A stretch of DNA of 64,000 nt from Haliotis rufescens (lineage: Eukaryota), in assembly GCF_023055435.1 (NCBI RefSeq), contig NW_025964383.1:32550001-32614000 (forward strand), in the 5' to 3' direction. The translations under genes were made by a program, and so were the position numbers. The notes beneath the pieces were generated by a model, which did not search any database, was not told where the DNA came from, and was given only the letters and a program-made list of their open reading frames with translations. Below are positions 1-14,959 of the stretch, piece after piece (the stretch's first letter is position 1; each line of letters opens with the position of its first letter).

Positions 1-99
1 TTAAGTCAACAATGTTGGCTATTAATGTAACAGTTAGTGATATGCACAGAACGAGAACTACATTGATATTCTAAGTTCTTTTATTTATATGTAACTGAA

Positions 100-1800
100 A
101 AGATCTGCATATAACTAAAAGTGACAATACCACCCTTTCCATAATTAGAAATAAATATATGGAATTGCATCTGGCATAATTTTGGTCACTTATGTGTCAG
201 TACGCATAAGTCCGCAATATATCCACTTACCAAAATTCGGAAGAGATGTTATTTATTTAGAATGTATTTAACCATCTTTTTACAGGACGGTCGACATTAA
301 TTACGTTTAGGACTTCATCAATAGACTTCCATTTTACTGAATCAAATACTTTTCAAAGTTAATACGTCGAAAATTTACTGGTTCGTTCATACATTCCATG
401 GCCATATAGTTCATTAAGGCATATTTCAGTTTATTTTCCTATATGTCTATCCAATATAAATAATAAGTGCTTGTGGTGGCACTACTTCTATAAAAAAAAT
501 TCTATTGTTGCTGATCATAACTTATACGAAGAATTATTGTGAATGATTACCAATTGTTGAGAAAGTGTTTTGGTTCAACGCTTTGAGGCAAAGATGTAAT
601 ATATCCCTGTTTTTGTTATACTAAAGTTCCTTTTAGTATAGTTATAGTAAATAGGATATTGATAATATATGATATATTTTAACGTCTTTACAAGAGACTA
701 TTTAAAATTCGACAGTATAACCCGATGGTCCGGGACATTTTCATTTCCTTTATGTTTGGGGGCGTTTGGTACTTCATTATAGGTTAATTCTCCCTCTATG
801 TTTTTATGTTAATCTGTATTCGGGTCAGGTGTACCTAAATGTTCGAAATCCTCGTGTGTACTCTAACAGTGATATTGGTAATGTCTTAATACAGTTGTAC
901 TTGGTTGGTGAATTATTTTGTTTTTGATACAGTTGTCCCGTTTTTGGTTTCAAGTTTTAACAGTGCTTTGTTTAAAAACTTCTTTCTCTCAATGGCAAAA
1001 ATATGTTTAGTTGGTTTCTCCAATTTTCAGTCCATTGCCTTTTGAGCTAATGATAAAACCTTCAATATTTGTATAAGTGACTTCATCTTATTTAGTTTTT
1101 GTTATATCTATGCTTGGTATTATTTGCGTCTAAATTAGCAATTAGCATGTAGTTCAGATTCATTTAGCAAAATTGAGCTATAATTTGTTGATTTCTTTCC
1201 TTTTCATTTTGTGATATTACGATTTCATACTTCTACTTTTAACATCGGTTAAAGTGTTTCCCAAGACAGTTTTCCATTTAAGTTAAATACGTGTATGCTA
1301 TCACTGTCCGTGTATTTGGTATATTGCGATTCAGCTTCCTGACATTTTCAGCAGTTTGGTGTATTCAGTATCAGTCAATTGTAGTGTAATTCGATATCGT
1401 GAATGATCTAATCTATAACTTAGGTTGGACCCTCTACAAGACAATTTCCTGACGTCCTCGAATAGAAAATAGAAAACAAAAAAATAGGCAGATTCATGAT
1501 TTGGGCCGTACTATATGTGTAAGGTGGTGTGTTAGGGTAGGTGTTTTGTAAGAAATTTAAGTCTGGCGTGCGTGATAATTTTCCTAACCAACGTACTTTT
1601 TTCTCTGTCAAGATCGAAGTCAAATTATTCTTTGAATATAAACTAATTCTGCACTCATTTTAGTGTCACTAATATATTTGTGTCTCCATATCACCTGTAA
1701 AGTGTGCATCCTGTAAACAATAGATGTGTGGTTTTCTGGTCTTAAGATGTCTTAACACAATCTACTTTTAAAGTTCTTGTTCTATTTCTGGCTATTTTAA
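100..1800 (-). mobile_element. Highly degenerate L1/Tx1-type LINE ORF2 remnant (endonuclease to RT start)
   Basis: Interrupted minus-strand translations give PHIYCLQDAHF (APE LQETH-like), a decayed KG.IIRSK..W.E.GEK.TKYF..LE-like segment near 980-1060 and KCPGPSGYTVEF (KSPGPDG.T.EF motif) near 705-745; many stops and frameshifts; boundaries approximate. Confidence 0.55.
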
Positions 1801-2977
1801 TGTTTTCATGGTTAACGACATTCTTTTCCCTTCCAAGAAATCACTTTGTTTTAAATTCTGATACTCATCATCAAAGTCATGGTGCTTGCATACATTACAC
1901 ATCCTTTCACCATCTTTTATTTTGTTACATCTGTGTGTTTCAATTTGTAAATAAAAGCGACAAAACACTTTCCATATTCCTAAGAAATGCCCTTGTTAAA
2001 TAATTTTCAGCCACAACCCCTTTCCCCTAAAAAGATAAGTATCAAAACATACATGAAGTTTCCATTCTGGAAGGTTGGTGATTCGAAATGCTAAACGTAC
2101 ACCATAACAGACGATAATACTAACAACCTCACAGAGATTCCATTCATGCTGCACGCCGATGCCTTCAGAGCGAGATTATAGGTCAAAACTGAAACAACGC
2201 CAATTCCTGGGATATGCGAAGATGAAATGGTAAACATACCGTTGACACAACTATCTGTTTTACACGACATACGTTTGCTACGAAATAGTTTTGTTACTTC
2301 ATTGCTCTTCAATATTTTGATCAAGTGTATATGTGAAGCTATACAATGTTTTCAGCCAGCGTTTTTCTGATTTTTAAATATTAGCAAGGCTTTGGGACCC
2401 TTTTATACTGCGATAAAATCTTACAAAGGACAAACATATTTTAAAATATTCACAAGGCTTGATCATGGCTATTAATTTTCTCCCGACGTTCCACCCACGT
2501 TAACCTCGTCTCTGTGCTTACTCCATGACCTATGTGACAAACATTTATAATATATGAATCATTTGGCATAGAGCTGGTAAAATAAACATGTTAACTCTAA
2601 ACATAACTAAATGCATATGGTTAGATCGAATACCGTAAGTTTACTTAATGGAATCTGTTTAAGAATGTTGCAGTTGCAAAACATCAACATTTAATAAAAA
2701 AAGTTAGTTCTCATTATTTAAAGTACTGCACTGATTTAAATATTTCAATATGAGTTGAGTCACTAATGAAAATTATTTTTAGATTATAACCATGGGTGTA
2801 AAAATGCATATTATTTCTGATATTTGCTTGGTATTTGCATGTAAATAGAAAATGTATAGCACCTTCAAAATGGTAACAACATAAGCAGTCTTATCTTCCC
2901 CATACATGTCAGTTAGATTTATCAGCGTTTCACTCGCTAAAACAGAGCCTGTGGCAACAATGAATAAGGTAACAAGA

Positions 2978-3283
2978 CTAGTACCGAAGTACAAGTGTGT
3001 TGTTTAAGCTAGGGGAAATGATTGTAAATTTTCTTCGTGACCAATCGTCAATACACTTCCCGTGCATAGCGTTCCACAAGCTTATCGTATTGGGTAGAAA
3101 CGGTTTAACATATCTCTGGGTCTTACATTTGATTGTCTGGATATCTGATCTATTTCTCAGGTTAAAATTATTGTTTTGCTGAGACAAGACTTGGAAATAC
3201 TTCATTAAGATATCCAGGCGAAATACCTGTAATAACATTGGTTTCATTATACTTTTTGTCATGACTGTTACAGCGACCTGCAC
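2978..3283 (-). mobile_element. CR1-clade LINE 3' ORF2 fragment
   Basis: ORF contains NFNLRNRSDIQTIKCKTQRYVKPFLPNTISLWN, matching the CR1/L2 C-terminal YNLRN...SFFP.TI..WN pattern. Confidence 0.6.
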
Positions 3284-3959
3284 CGCAAATAGTTCTCAGT
3301 GCGTTCAAATATATATTTTAAAATAAATAGTGACTGTTCGTTTGTGACAGTGTATCATATATGAAAACACTAGTCACTAAAAAGACACTATAAAATCAAT
3401 TTCTCACATTTTTTCCATATTACCTAAACTTAAATTCCTGAAGCAGTTGATTATTACATTAACCTTTTAGCAATTTCATAACTATGTGTTGTCCATGAAC
3501 AATAGCTTTGAAGTGTAATACGGCTTATTTATGTCATTCTGCCTCCTAAATTGAATGCTCTGCACTGACCGCTACCACCTACAGACCACTGCAGTGTCCT
3601 GTGTATATTGCCTAGTTGTTAACCCACACTTTGTCGCCGCATTGCATTTGTAACTTAAGCATGGCTTCGAGGGAGTTTAATGTGAAGGTTGTGAGATGTG
3701 AGACGGCAAAATGAAAGCGACAAAACTCTTTCCATATTAAAAAAATAATTAGATAAAGCGACAAATCTCTTTCCATATCCAATAGAAGTCACAGCATAAT
3801 ACAGAGGCGACTGTACGATTCTGACTATATCATGAACATGTGTTTATGAATCCTTCACCGGAAAGAAAAACACGGGAACGTATCTCACATCATACACATG
3901 CATCGGACATCATCTTTGTCACTGATGCATCTTATTTGGAAATGTCCTCCACATCTCTA

Positions 3960-4370
3960 CCATACACCTTTTTGAAAGCTTGACTGAGACTTTGAATTTT
4001 GATCAAACAGCTTCTGAACAAGAATCGTATGACGCCCTGTGGAATCTTCGAAGAAAGAGCATGCTCGATTGTATCTCAAAAGTTGTTAAATGTAAACACC
4101 AAAGGTTGGAGCTGCAGGAATATTAATCGACATGAGGGGAAAGTTGACTGTTGGAAAGTTGAAGTCATCCCTCTTGTCATACAGTCTTGTGGATAGTGTT
4201 TCGTCACCATGAATCTTTATGCATAAATGTAATATTATGAAACAGACGAGGCGGTCTCACTGGTCTCCTTTATTTCTAGTTCAGGTGGGTAAATCAGTGG
4301 AAGGGAATAGGCTATTTGATTGTTATTGAACGATATCAGATCATCGATATTTACATAGATGTTATTTATG
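3960..4370 (-). mobile_element. Penelope-like element reverse transcriptase fragment
   Basis: NIDDLISFNN...IYPPELEIKET, followed in another frame by LYDKRDDFNFPTVNFP...NIPAAPTFGVYI...RYNRACS, characteristic of PLE RT palm/thumb; frameshifted. Confidence 0.7.
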
Positions 4371-5019
4371 AGGAGGTCCAGCCTTTCAAATACTGTAATT
4401 CTGGCAAGTTTTGCAAGAAGGAAAGTTCTGCGAAAATTACGAGCGACACACACTCGCAATAATTTCAAGCCGCAATTATTGCTGCAGACCAACAAGGAAC
4501 AAAAAACGTAAGGATACATATTTCGTTTATTCACTTCCTCATATTGTCAAAAAGGCCAGAACATGATTAAATAATAATCCATCACATCTGTTTCCTTATG
4601 ACGCATTGTCACTCAGTGTTAATAATCTAACCAGGAAAATTCACTAACCTGCCACACCTAACTTTCCTTACATAACACTGAGCAGTCCAGATATCCCGAT
4701 TAAACTGCAGTTAGATAAACACGTTACTACAAACTTCCTTGTCAACTACAACAGCAAAAAACACTGACTGACACTGATCTAACTTTTCGCTGCTGCCTAC
4801 TCATAAGATATAACAAGGCAAAAGCAACTTTCATCTTTTGTAATCTCATAACCATGGTGTCGCAAAACTTTCCACACACAGTAGAGGATATTAAGTAAGG
4901 ATAAGAATTTATGCATGAACAAATTCTTTATTACAATTAAGATCAACGTTTCAGTGTAGGTTATAACACCGGTATCAAGCAAGTGATTTACAGAGTGTAA
5001 CAAGTATTTACACAGTATA

Positions 5020-5640
5020 ACCTTTATCCTGAGCAACTATATAGTACAACAGACAATACAGAACATCACCAAGAAATCTCAGAAATCCCCACGTCAACAG
5101 TCTGAACCCTTTGTGATCAGCCTCCCCTTCTTTGGAACAGTTAGCCACAAAATCCAGAAACCCTTAAAGAAACAGGCCAACATTGATATAGTTTTCAGGA
5201 GAAGGCATTCCATTCAGGGAAACCACCATCCAGCCACAAGCTAGAACCATCAGGAGCAGTGTGTCACATTCCATGCAATTGTGGACAACCTTACACTGGT
5301 GAAACATCTAGGCCCCTCAAAACCCGAATAAAAGAACAGCAAAGCTCAGTCTCCAAAGATGACTCTAAATCAGCTCTATTAGACCACATCCGTTACAACC
5401 CAAGCCACAGCATTCAGTGGGAGAGAGTCACAACCCTCGCTACCAACCTCAAAGACTTCAAGATCAGGAAACTACAAGAAGCTATCAACATCAAAGAATC
5501 CAGCCGTCAATCAACCGTGACCAAGGCTATTACATACCCCCGGCGTACCATCAACTCATCAAAGACCCCAATCAGCCATAATCCCGTTGTTTATATTACT
5601 GGCTTCATCCTTTGTTTATGTCACTGACTTCACCGATGAT
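5020..5640 (+). mobile_element. Penelope-like element GIY-YIG endonuclease fragment
   Basis: ORF 5259-5627: HIPCNCGQPYTGETSRPLKTRIKE...SALLDH...RKLQEAINIK, then frameshifted INRDQG; typical PLE GIY-YIG domain. Confidence 0.8.
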
Positions 5641-5658
5641 TGTCATCACTACCTTTGT

Positions 5659-8600
5659 GAGAAGAAGAAGATTTTTATTAACGTCTCACTTGTACACAAC
5701 ATTTTTGTTAAAACAAATTAAAAATATAGTTACATTAAAGTTGTATACAACCAATCCCACAGCGATTTATGAGAGACGGTACATTGTAAACAGGCACATA
5801 GTAAAAATAAGCAAAAGCTGAATATTAATATATACATACATTAATATACAATACAATGTTTAAGACTCAATGATATAAAATATTCCTCCGGGTATATAAA
5901 ATGTCATGGCAGGTTCTGGCACAGTAAAAGGTGAGGTCATTAGTTGATAGAATCCTAATAAATTTATCTTGCTGTCAAAGAAGTAAAATCTATCCATAAA
6001 CTATTCCACTTGTTGATGAGGCTAAAAAGTATATCGTCGTAAAGGGGACAGAATAAAAGGACATGCTTCTCATCTTCTATGACATTTTTGCAGTTAAGAC
6101 ACAGCAGCCGCATCTCTCTGGGTATGTTCTCGTATGTGCCCGTTTCGATCCGCAGAGGGGCCACGCCGAGTCTAAACTTTGCTAGTGCACTTCTGTGTTT
6201 GCGTAGGATTGGTCGACTGACAGCTTTCTTGTCCATATTCACTCATAAATTGTTTTTACGACCGTAACTTGCTGCTTCCACTATGTGCTGTTTCACTATG
6301 ATTGTTTCCTCCCATGACTGTTTGTATCTGTTAAAGACTGTATCATGTACAGTTTTAATAAAGAGACCCTTTTCCAGATTGCCGTCGTATAGAATGAAAT
6401 GACCCAAGTTGTAGTTCTGTAAAAAGTTCCTCACACGATGATTCCACTTTTTCAATGATATCTCATTTGCCCATCGGAATATTCTCTTGTTGATTCTCCT
6501 TGTACTTGTGTTGGCCATTCTCGCCCAATGTCTAGCAACACATGTCCATTGTCGGACCTCCGGTGGCACCCATCCAGAATCTCCATTCACGGCCAAGTTA
6601 GGGGCGTATTTTCCCAAACCAAGGTAAAACCGAATCGCTCTGTGGTGTAGCGCATTGACTGGCGAATGGACCTTGGTACCCAATATTCCTGCTCCAGAGG
6701 ACATTATTGGCCACACTAGAGAGTCATAAAGCTTTGAATACACGTTGAAAAGCAGATTTCCAAACGATTTCGCTTTTGCAATTAGAAGTCCAAGGGCCCT
6801 GCTTGCAGATTTAGTCACCGCCTTAGCCATCAGGTTTTTATCTAAATGTTCTGTGAGGAGCACTCCCAAGTAATGATAATTATCCACAATCTTCAGTACA
6901 TTATCTCCACATCTGAATGTTGCCGCTGTCTGGGTCACGGGTGATCCTCTGAAATGAATTATATTTGACTTGTCCTCATTAACGACCATCTTGTTGCCAC
7001 ACCAGGTGTCCAGCACTGACAGGAGTGTGTTGAGATCCTCCTCTATCTCTGCAAGAAGAGCTACGTCATCGGCGAATGCCAGGACGCTGACAACATCTTC
7101 ACCACATTGTACTCCGATCCCCAGTCCCTTCATGGTTGATATCAAGTCATTAATGTAGATGTTAAATAACATTGGCGATAAAATACATCCCTGTTTAAGC
7201 CCTTGTCTCACATTGATCCATTCGGTGTTGGAGTGGTTGACACGAACAACACATTGTACGTTGTGATAGAGGGATTTCATAGCACTAAACATTTTACCAC
7301 CGATTCCAGCTTGGGTCAGCTTATCCCTCAGTCGTTCCCTGCTAATGCCGTCATACGCTTTCCTAAAATCTATAAAGGCTACAATTTTCTTGTTTCAATA
7401 ATGGATGTTTTTATCCCTATATGGCCAGTTGTAGATCGGCCTCGACGAAAACCATTTTGCTCATCACAAATGACGTCATTCCTTTCGGCCCATGAGGTCA
7501 GTCGTTCATTTAGCACACTGCAGTAGAGCTTGTAAATGGCTGGAGCCAGGGTTATCCCTCTAAAATTCAGTGGATCTCTGAGACCTGAGGATGATGACTT
7601 CGGAATAGGACATATAATTCCCTGACACCATTGGATCGGTATCGTAGACGTCTCAAAACACACCGAGAAGAGCCTATGCAAAGTGTGGATGATATCCTCT
7701 CCCTTCAGTAGTTGTACTGGGATTCCATCAACACCTGGTGCCTTTCCACTCTTTGCTTTCACTACTGCGTCCCGATCTTCTTCCACAACTGCGCATTGTT
7801 CTTCTCGCACATCTCCTCCAGTTCACGGTGCATCTGACTCCTGTAGGTGCGTTTACACCTCTGTACACTCCTATCAAAGTCCTTCCTCAAAGCTATGTAC
7901 CTTTCCTTTTCCTCTTTCTTTCTCTGATCTTTAGTTCGTGACCATACTCTTTCTGCCTTGCACATTTTGTTCCATTTTCTGTTGAGATCATCATTCCACC
8001 AGGGTTGTTTTATTCGTCGACGTTTATTCCTTATTCCTTCTTTAGTTTATCTTCCTTTCTTCATTGGCAGTTTATTCTTCATTTCCCTGTGCACTACTTC
8101 CACAATTTCATCATAGCACTTATCAATGGACTTCTGATCCTTAACTGAAGATTCCAGTCTCCCAATGATATCATTCAGTGACCTCTGTATAGATTCTGAC
8201 GTCAGAAAATCCGAAGGCGGGTTATTCATAATGTAGTTACCTGTTTTGTCACAGTCTTCCAATTCTTCAGTCTCCTTTTCTGGTCTGTGTATATAATCTA
8301 CCTTCATCGTCCACTCCAGCATTGAATGATCAACTTTCAGTAGAGCACTTCCATCAATGACCCCCACACACCCAGATCGTTCCACAAGAGTAGACGGTCG
8401 CACAACATTAAAATCATTGAACCTTTCTAAACTTTCATATTGTATGAAACAATAGTCAACAACAGATGTACCTTGCTGTGAAACAAAAGTAAAATCATTT
8501 TAACAAACATTTCGTCCGTTCAACATACACGTATTAGCTCTTATCAAAAAGTCAATACATAATTTTCCATTATTATTAACTGTATAGTCCAGCACATGTC

Positions 8601-9150
8601 TCTCTGGGATAGCGTCCACGCCTTCAATAAAGGCTGTTTCCTCTCCACATCAACTGTTAAAATCTCCACATATAAATGATTTTTTTCTGAATTCATAAAT
8701 ATGTGATAGTAAACTATCATAAAAATGTTCAGCACACACATTCCGAGAAGAGTGGTCAGGGGGCAAGTAGCATACTGAAATATACTGGACACAATCATCG
8801 CATTTATTTTTCATAGCGAGCCATAGTATTCCCTCAATGGAATTTTCAGCAATATCAAAATCATAAAAAGTCAAAAGTTCTGTCTTTATAAGAAACTCCA
8901 CTCCTCCAGACCCTCTCGGTGCATTCACATGTAAGTTAGTACGGTTGTGACCAAACCAAACATAACCATCAACTTTAATAGTGTCCGATCCTCGCAAGTG
9001 TGTTTCCGTTATCCCTATAATGTCACAGTCTGCAAATCTTACTCACATCTGTCTGAGATAAGTGTTTTGAGATTCAGAGTCTGTGCCCCACCCTTTGGCG
9101 TTCCAGCACCCGCACTTGCATATATATGTTATTAATAAGTTAAACCGTTT
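5659..9150 (-). mobile_element. Non-LTR retrotransposon (RTE-X-like), near full-length ORF2, frameshifted
   Basis: APE endonuclease (WNAKGW, ETHL, GSGGV, YLPP, ICGDFNS; about 8400-9130), RT (KAPGVDGIP, RGITL, EQNGFRRGRST, GLKQGCILSPMLFNIYINDL, FADD; 6243-7810), C-terminal LRIETG.Y...C..C...EDEKHVLLFCPLY zinc knuckle; 3' AATAAA (5674-5679) and (TTC)n tail at 5659-5670; clade assignment is inference. Confidence 0.9.
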
Positions 9151-11639
9151 TTAATAATCAAAGGACATACATACAGTCGCGTTACTGTAAATATGAACAA
9201 AAATAGAAAATTGTTCAAACACATGTAAGTATATTTCAATAAGAAAGTGTGGGCTGACTGAAAGAAAGATCCTTTCCCTAACAAATCCTATACAAAGACT
9301 GTATATGAATGCATTTAGTCCAGTTGACTATGGCACATAAGTGTATTCTGTTCATGTCGCATATTGCTTGAATACCTAATGTTCTTCTTCCACTCAATGT
9401 TTTGGAACAACGATGGGATTTTTAAATGTCCTTGAAATGTTCACTGAAGATATTGAGAAAAATAGCATATAGTGAGTACATAAAGGAAATTACGTCATGC
9501 TTTTCAAGACCTAATGTTCAAAACAGAAACGCCTAAATCTAACAGCATTACTTTACTCATTCGTCACAAAATCAGTATTTGCAAAGTGCCAAAACAAGAA
9601 TGTAATTTCAAATTGTATCATAAGGTCTGAGCGTTATCATTATCTCAGTTGATAATTACACCATCAACACCAAGTTAAAACAAGGTTAGATTTTGGGATG
9701 GTTGTGGGTATGTAGTGAGATCCTAGTCTAGTTCATGTGTTACAGATCATAAACGTGTCAAGAAAAATCATGCAAATCCTTTGTTCCTTTTTGAATTAAT
9801 CATTATCCTGAGCACGTTTAGAGCTTAATACTTCTAGCACCTGTGCTAACTTTTTGTCATCATTTTTGCGCACATTGGAATCTGTTTCGGCAGATAATCG
9901 AGACTGATTACTCTCTGGTGTTGATGTTTCATATTAATATGAAATGTATACCGTGTGTACATCTGTTAACAACTTATGGACAAGACACTACTTAAAATCC
10001 AGTACTACAGCACTTAGCAGAACAAAACAGTTTATATATAATAGTATATACCAGATTTGAAAGTGATAGGAATCACAATGAAAGTTAATTTGTGATTTAG
10101 AAATATTATGCACAAGTGATAGACCCTGCTTATGAACAGAGAGTATTGATATCAGAAATATTGTGAACATATACACACCGCTATGAAGGGTAAGATAGAT
10201 CTTTAAGGGCTTTGTCATATACTATGATGATGGTTATGGGCCGGGGACGGATAGTAATGTCTGACTCTATTAAATATGTCGTGATAATAGGATATTTTAA
10301 TGTTCAACTTATGCAAATATATTGTTCACGTTATGTCACTTTCATTCCTTCATGTCTAACATTCGCGTACTATAATTTTAGCAAAGCCAGATATGCACAG
10401 TGTTTATCTGTGACTCTCATAGATATCAACTAACTGGCAAATTCACCAGTGACGGACACATTTGGTAGCCTGTCGTCATTATGATCAGTTCAACCCTCTC
10501 GCGTGCCCAACAAGAGGAGCTTTGCAGGGGGAAGCAAAGCCTCTGTGCACTCGTGTTGTCGAGATAAATGGTACGACCTCGTTTCACAATGGGACATAGC
10601 CTGCCTAGCGTGCTTGTGAGTGTTAAATGCACTAGATCGAATGTCGTAGGACTTGCCGAGAAATACTATACGTGCTCGCTTCTCGATCTCATCGTGACAA
10701 TGTCACAGTGAAATAAAACAGGAACAAGGACCAGCATGCAGTTACACAACGCTGTTTTGGTCGACATATGTTACACTTGCATCTTCGCTATAGTCACATA
10801 TAACCACGGACCTGTTATTATAGGTCCTTTAATTTAAATTATATGATTACTGAAACCATTTTACAAATTATTCGTTTCATGTAATCCTATCATCGGAAAA
10901 AGCACAGGGATGTCACAGAGGACAAGAGATTAAGAGATTAAGATATCAGGATGTGATTACTGTCACCGAAAACAAAGCGGCTCAGCTACAGCAGCAATTT
11001 AATATCGTCACAATTTGGACTTCCGTTCAGGTTTTTGTTATTGGAAACACTACTAATTTCACATAAATATATGATTTTAAAGTTTGATACTTACAATGAA
11101 GGGTTCAAATACTGTAACACATGATCTGATGTTATTGCTAGAGAATATAATATCTTACTTTGGTTTGTTTGTTGGTAAAGGCATAGTTTGAGCAGACATA
11201 CAGTCAATTTCTAAAATCTCAAAGGGCACAACATATTTACATCAACTATACAGGCTCGCTGGCCAGTCATTGTTTTATAAATCCTCGTGAAGTTTATACC
11301 TCGTACTTGTTGTGGTGAAGTTACCATATACCAGTAAATAATTCAATACTATTTATCGACAGAGTGTACTTGTTATGGAAATTTAGCATGAGAGGAAAAA
11401 ATCCCAGCCAATGAATGTTTTTTTAATGAATGACATCAGTATGAGATATCAATATTTATTGATCATACATGTGACCATACGTTGTATATAGTGTATACCT
11501 ATATGGGTATATTTCTGATGATCCTTGGTAGTAAACCTAGCACTTGTTCATGCAGACCCGTAGGAAATAATTTCAGTGCCTGAAAGTGCCCTACACATAT
11601 CTGTGCCAAACTAGCGGTTAAAATACCAAATACATGTTC

Positions 11640-11880
11640 ATTGTTAAATTCATTAAATTCGATTCATTGTTTGAGTTATTCATACTAAAGAGAGCTGTTG
11701 AACATGAAAGGTGTAGATAAGGATGTATGCTCTTATTGTGAGTATGAACAAGAAAGACTATTTCATGTGTATATTGAATGTGAACCTGTAAAACCATTCA
11801 GGGTAAAAATTGAAAAAGTTCTCTCTACCTACATTTAGCAAGTAGTATTTCCCTTACTGGAACATTCAATGAGATATTAT
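11640..11880 (+). mobile_element. L1/Tx1-type LINE C-terminal zinc-knuckle fragment
   Basis: Translation MKGVDKDVCSYCEYEQERLFHVYIECEPVKPF resembles the zf-RVT C..C....E...H....C..V motif. Confidence 0.5.
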
Positions 11881-13749
11881 TTTGTTTCAATAATTTTAGC
11901 AATTTTCCTTTGAAGCACATTTTGCTTCTGGCAAAAAGATGCATTCATGCATAAAGAAACATAGCTTGTGTCTCGACGTTAACATCAAAATTGTCAGTGA
12001 CATATTCAAAGTAGAAAAAAAAAATACCGTAAGAAATAATAGTTCACTGAACTGTTTTGCTAGAGAGGTGAATTGCCTTGGTTCATGCTTTGAAAGATGA
12101 CAAAGATGTGTCCATGTCTTGAAAAAGATACCGTATATGTATATGTCACTACAATTCTTTGTGAGGATGTCATATGTATACCTGTAAAAATATTGTAATG
12201 AATATAAACACCTACTGAACTGAAATAACAAATTACATAATTTTACAGTTGGGAATTCTCTGGCCATGGTTATTGGTCTGATTACATATTCCCACAGGGC
12301 ATTCTGTATTGTTTACATGTTTCCAACCTCCATCGTCTCGTTTAACCACTTTGTTTCATAATCTAGCCATGTATTCCCTATCTAAGGCTTTAAAGACGTT
12401 ACTAGAAAACATATTACTCAAAAGTGGCTATAAATTGAATCGATTTGAGTCTCACATATTTTGTAGATATATAAGGTGAGATTCACTTGTGTACAATAGC
12501 ACATATATAATGAAATTCACAAATTAATCATACGACTCGATATAATCTGTAACTGTATTGTATTGTGACGTCATGACATATTGACATCATAATATAATCT
12601 CAGTCTGTAACTGTGATCACTTCTCACTGAATATACAGCTGAAACATATAGCAGACCAATTCGTTAATATTGGCGTTAGGTTACTGATGCATGTATTAGA
12701 CGACCACTTTCCCAGTGCAAAGGCGTGACTGTTATGTAAGGCTACTGCATAAGATACCGTTCAGGGACGTTGTCTCCCGCTCGAACCTGAACTAACATGA
12801 TCATATGTGCCGTTCATGAGAACCGTTTCTCGGCATGAAAAATATATATATGGCACTAAGAGTTGGCGAAAAAGGATGAGCATGTACTGTCCTCCCGGTA
12901 GCACCCAACATCCCTGCACAACAGTACTCCTGCCATGCGACGGCGTCCAAGCTAGACAATCAAGTGATCGAGCAAACACATCCAGTGACACCATAGTCTA
13001 AAAGCGTCGGGAAAGCAACATCACATTCTCAACCTTAAACGTTATTCTTGGCACTTTTCCGATTCACCTGAACATTTTTTGTTACGTTTAAATATTCTGA
13101 AGCCTGGAGGGTTCGAACTACATGCGTTTTGTGATTTACTATAAGCCAATACATTGTGTGAATGAAGAATGAACAAACAGTATGGAACATATTTTATACA
13201 AATTCTGCATACATGTAGTTTAATTAAATGTTGTATTGAAGGCTATAGTGTATTGCTATTGCAATTAAATTGCAATAATTTGTATTGAATTATAAATCTA
13301 ATTCATTTTGTAATACAATTGTTATTTGTATGACAGTTTACTTTTTGTTTCAATTTGTAATCGACACGTAACAATGTGCGAACAGTACGGAAAATAAACC
13401 CTGCTAAAGACAGAAAATAGACTAGGTAAATGTTCATAGAATAGAAAAGCAATAATATGATATCAATAGGGAAATAAATGCTTCTGTTAATTGTGTAAAA
13501 CATATGTGTGTGGCTTTTATGTATGAATCGATATACATCTATATACATATATCTCTACATATTTTTAAAGCGTCAAAAATAACTAAATGTGTTGAACCCA
13601 AATAGTTCATTTAAAAGTCAATGGGATTTAAGCCTATTGACTTGTGAGAAAGGGAAGAGGTGCAAATATCAATAAATTATGTACAGTGAGACAATATGTA
13701 TGTCACAAATAGTTGTCCTTTCCTGACGCGACACGTTATAAACATAAGG

Positions 13750-14959
13750 TATACCCTTTCAAAAAATGAAACGTAATACGGAAATAGTTTTGCCATAAAA
13801 GTAAAATTAGCGGACCAAGAGGTGCAAAATGAACACAAGGACACCCAGTGCATTAACAAAAGAGTCATGGAGCTGCACGTACTGCACGAGCAGAAGCACT
13901 AAGAACGGCATTTAAGTGCAGGGCCTACGAGTACCTTGCATCTGCGTCAGTCGAACAGTGACAGTTTAACAACATGCCAAGATTAACAGAAATGCAAAGA
14001 AACAACGTCATAGGCCGCTTGCAGGCAGAGGAATCCCGATCAGCTGTAGCCAGGGTTTTCAATGTAGCGCCCAGCAACACCACAAGGCTATGGGATCGGT
14101 TTCAACAGCATGCGTCAACACGTGATCGGCCACGGTCGGGACGACCAAGAGTAACCACCCCTGCAAAAATTCGCTACATCAACGCGTCATATTGAGTCGA
14201 CAACATCGTCAACAACGACTGCATTGGTGTATGGCTGCAACGACAGGGTATGGCCTCAACTGCGATGGAGATATGTCTGGTTCAGCGACGAATCAAGATT
14301 TCTCCTCCGTCGAGGGGATGGAAGAGCAAGGGTCTGCAGACGTCGGGGAGAACGTTACGCCGGAAACTGCGGACAGGAAGTGGACAGGTTTGATAGGGGT
14401 AGCGTTATGATGTGGGCTTATATCTCTCATCATGGCAGGACAGGTTTAGCCACTATCCAGGGCAATCTTATGGATTAACATACATCAACGAAATTCTCAA
14501 ACCATACGTCCCCCCAATTGCAGACAATGGCAACGGTGTATTCCAGCAAGGCAACCGCATGCAGCACGTCTACACAACAACAACGTTGATGTTCTCCCCT
14601 GGTCCTCCAGATCCCCGGATTTGAACCCGATAGACGCCTTTGGGATGATTTGGATAGACGGCTACGCCGACGTCAACCACAACCCCAGACGTTGCAGCAG
14701 TTGGCGTTGGCGTTTGCATTGCAGGCCGAGTGGGCTACCATTCCCGAGGATGTGATTCGCATACAACGGGGAACATACGCGTTATTGATGGTAGCTGACC
14801 TTCTACTTGGACTTTTCCTATGTACCGATAACTGAGATGACTACAATCACTAACCGTTCTCTCCACAACATTTTGGCTCAATACCTTGTACGGTTCCTGG
14901 TATAAATGTATTTTCCTACCTCACACAAATCTGGCTATGCTTTTTTTGAAGAGCATATA
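13750..14959 (+). mobile_element. Tc1/mariner DNA transposon with pseudogenised transposase
   Basis: HTH N-terminus MPRLTEMQRNNVIGRLQA...DRPRSGRPRVTT (13974), WFSDESRF, VFQQGN, SPDLNPI..LWD (frameshifted); degenerate TIRs tataccctttcaaaaaa (13750) and ttttttgaagagcatata (14959). Confidence 0.9.

Noticed and set aside
1953-3785. 25-bp motif aaagcgacaaa.ctctttccatat seen three times (about 1954, 3715, 3755)
   Set aside because: Too short and no element structure between copies; probably fragments of a dispersed repeat
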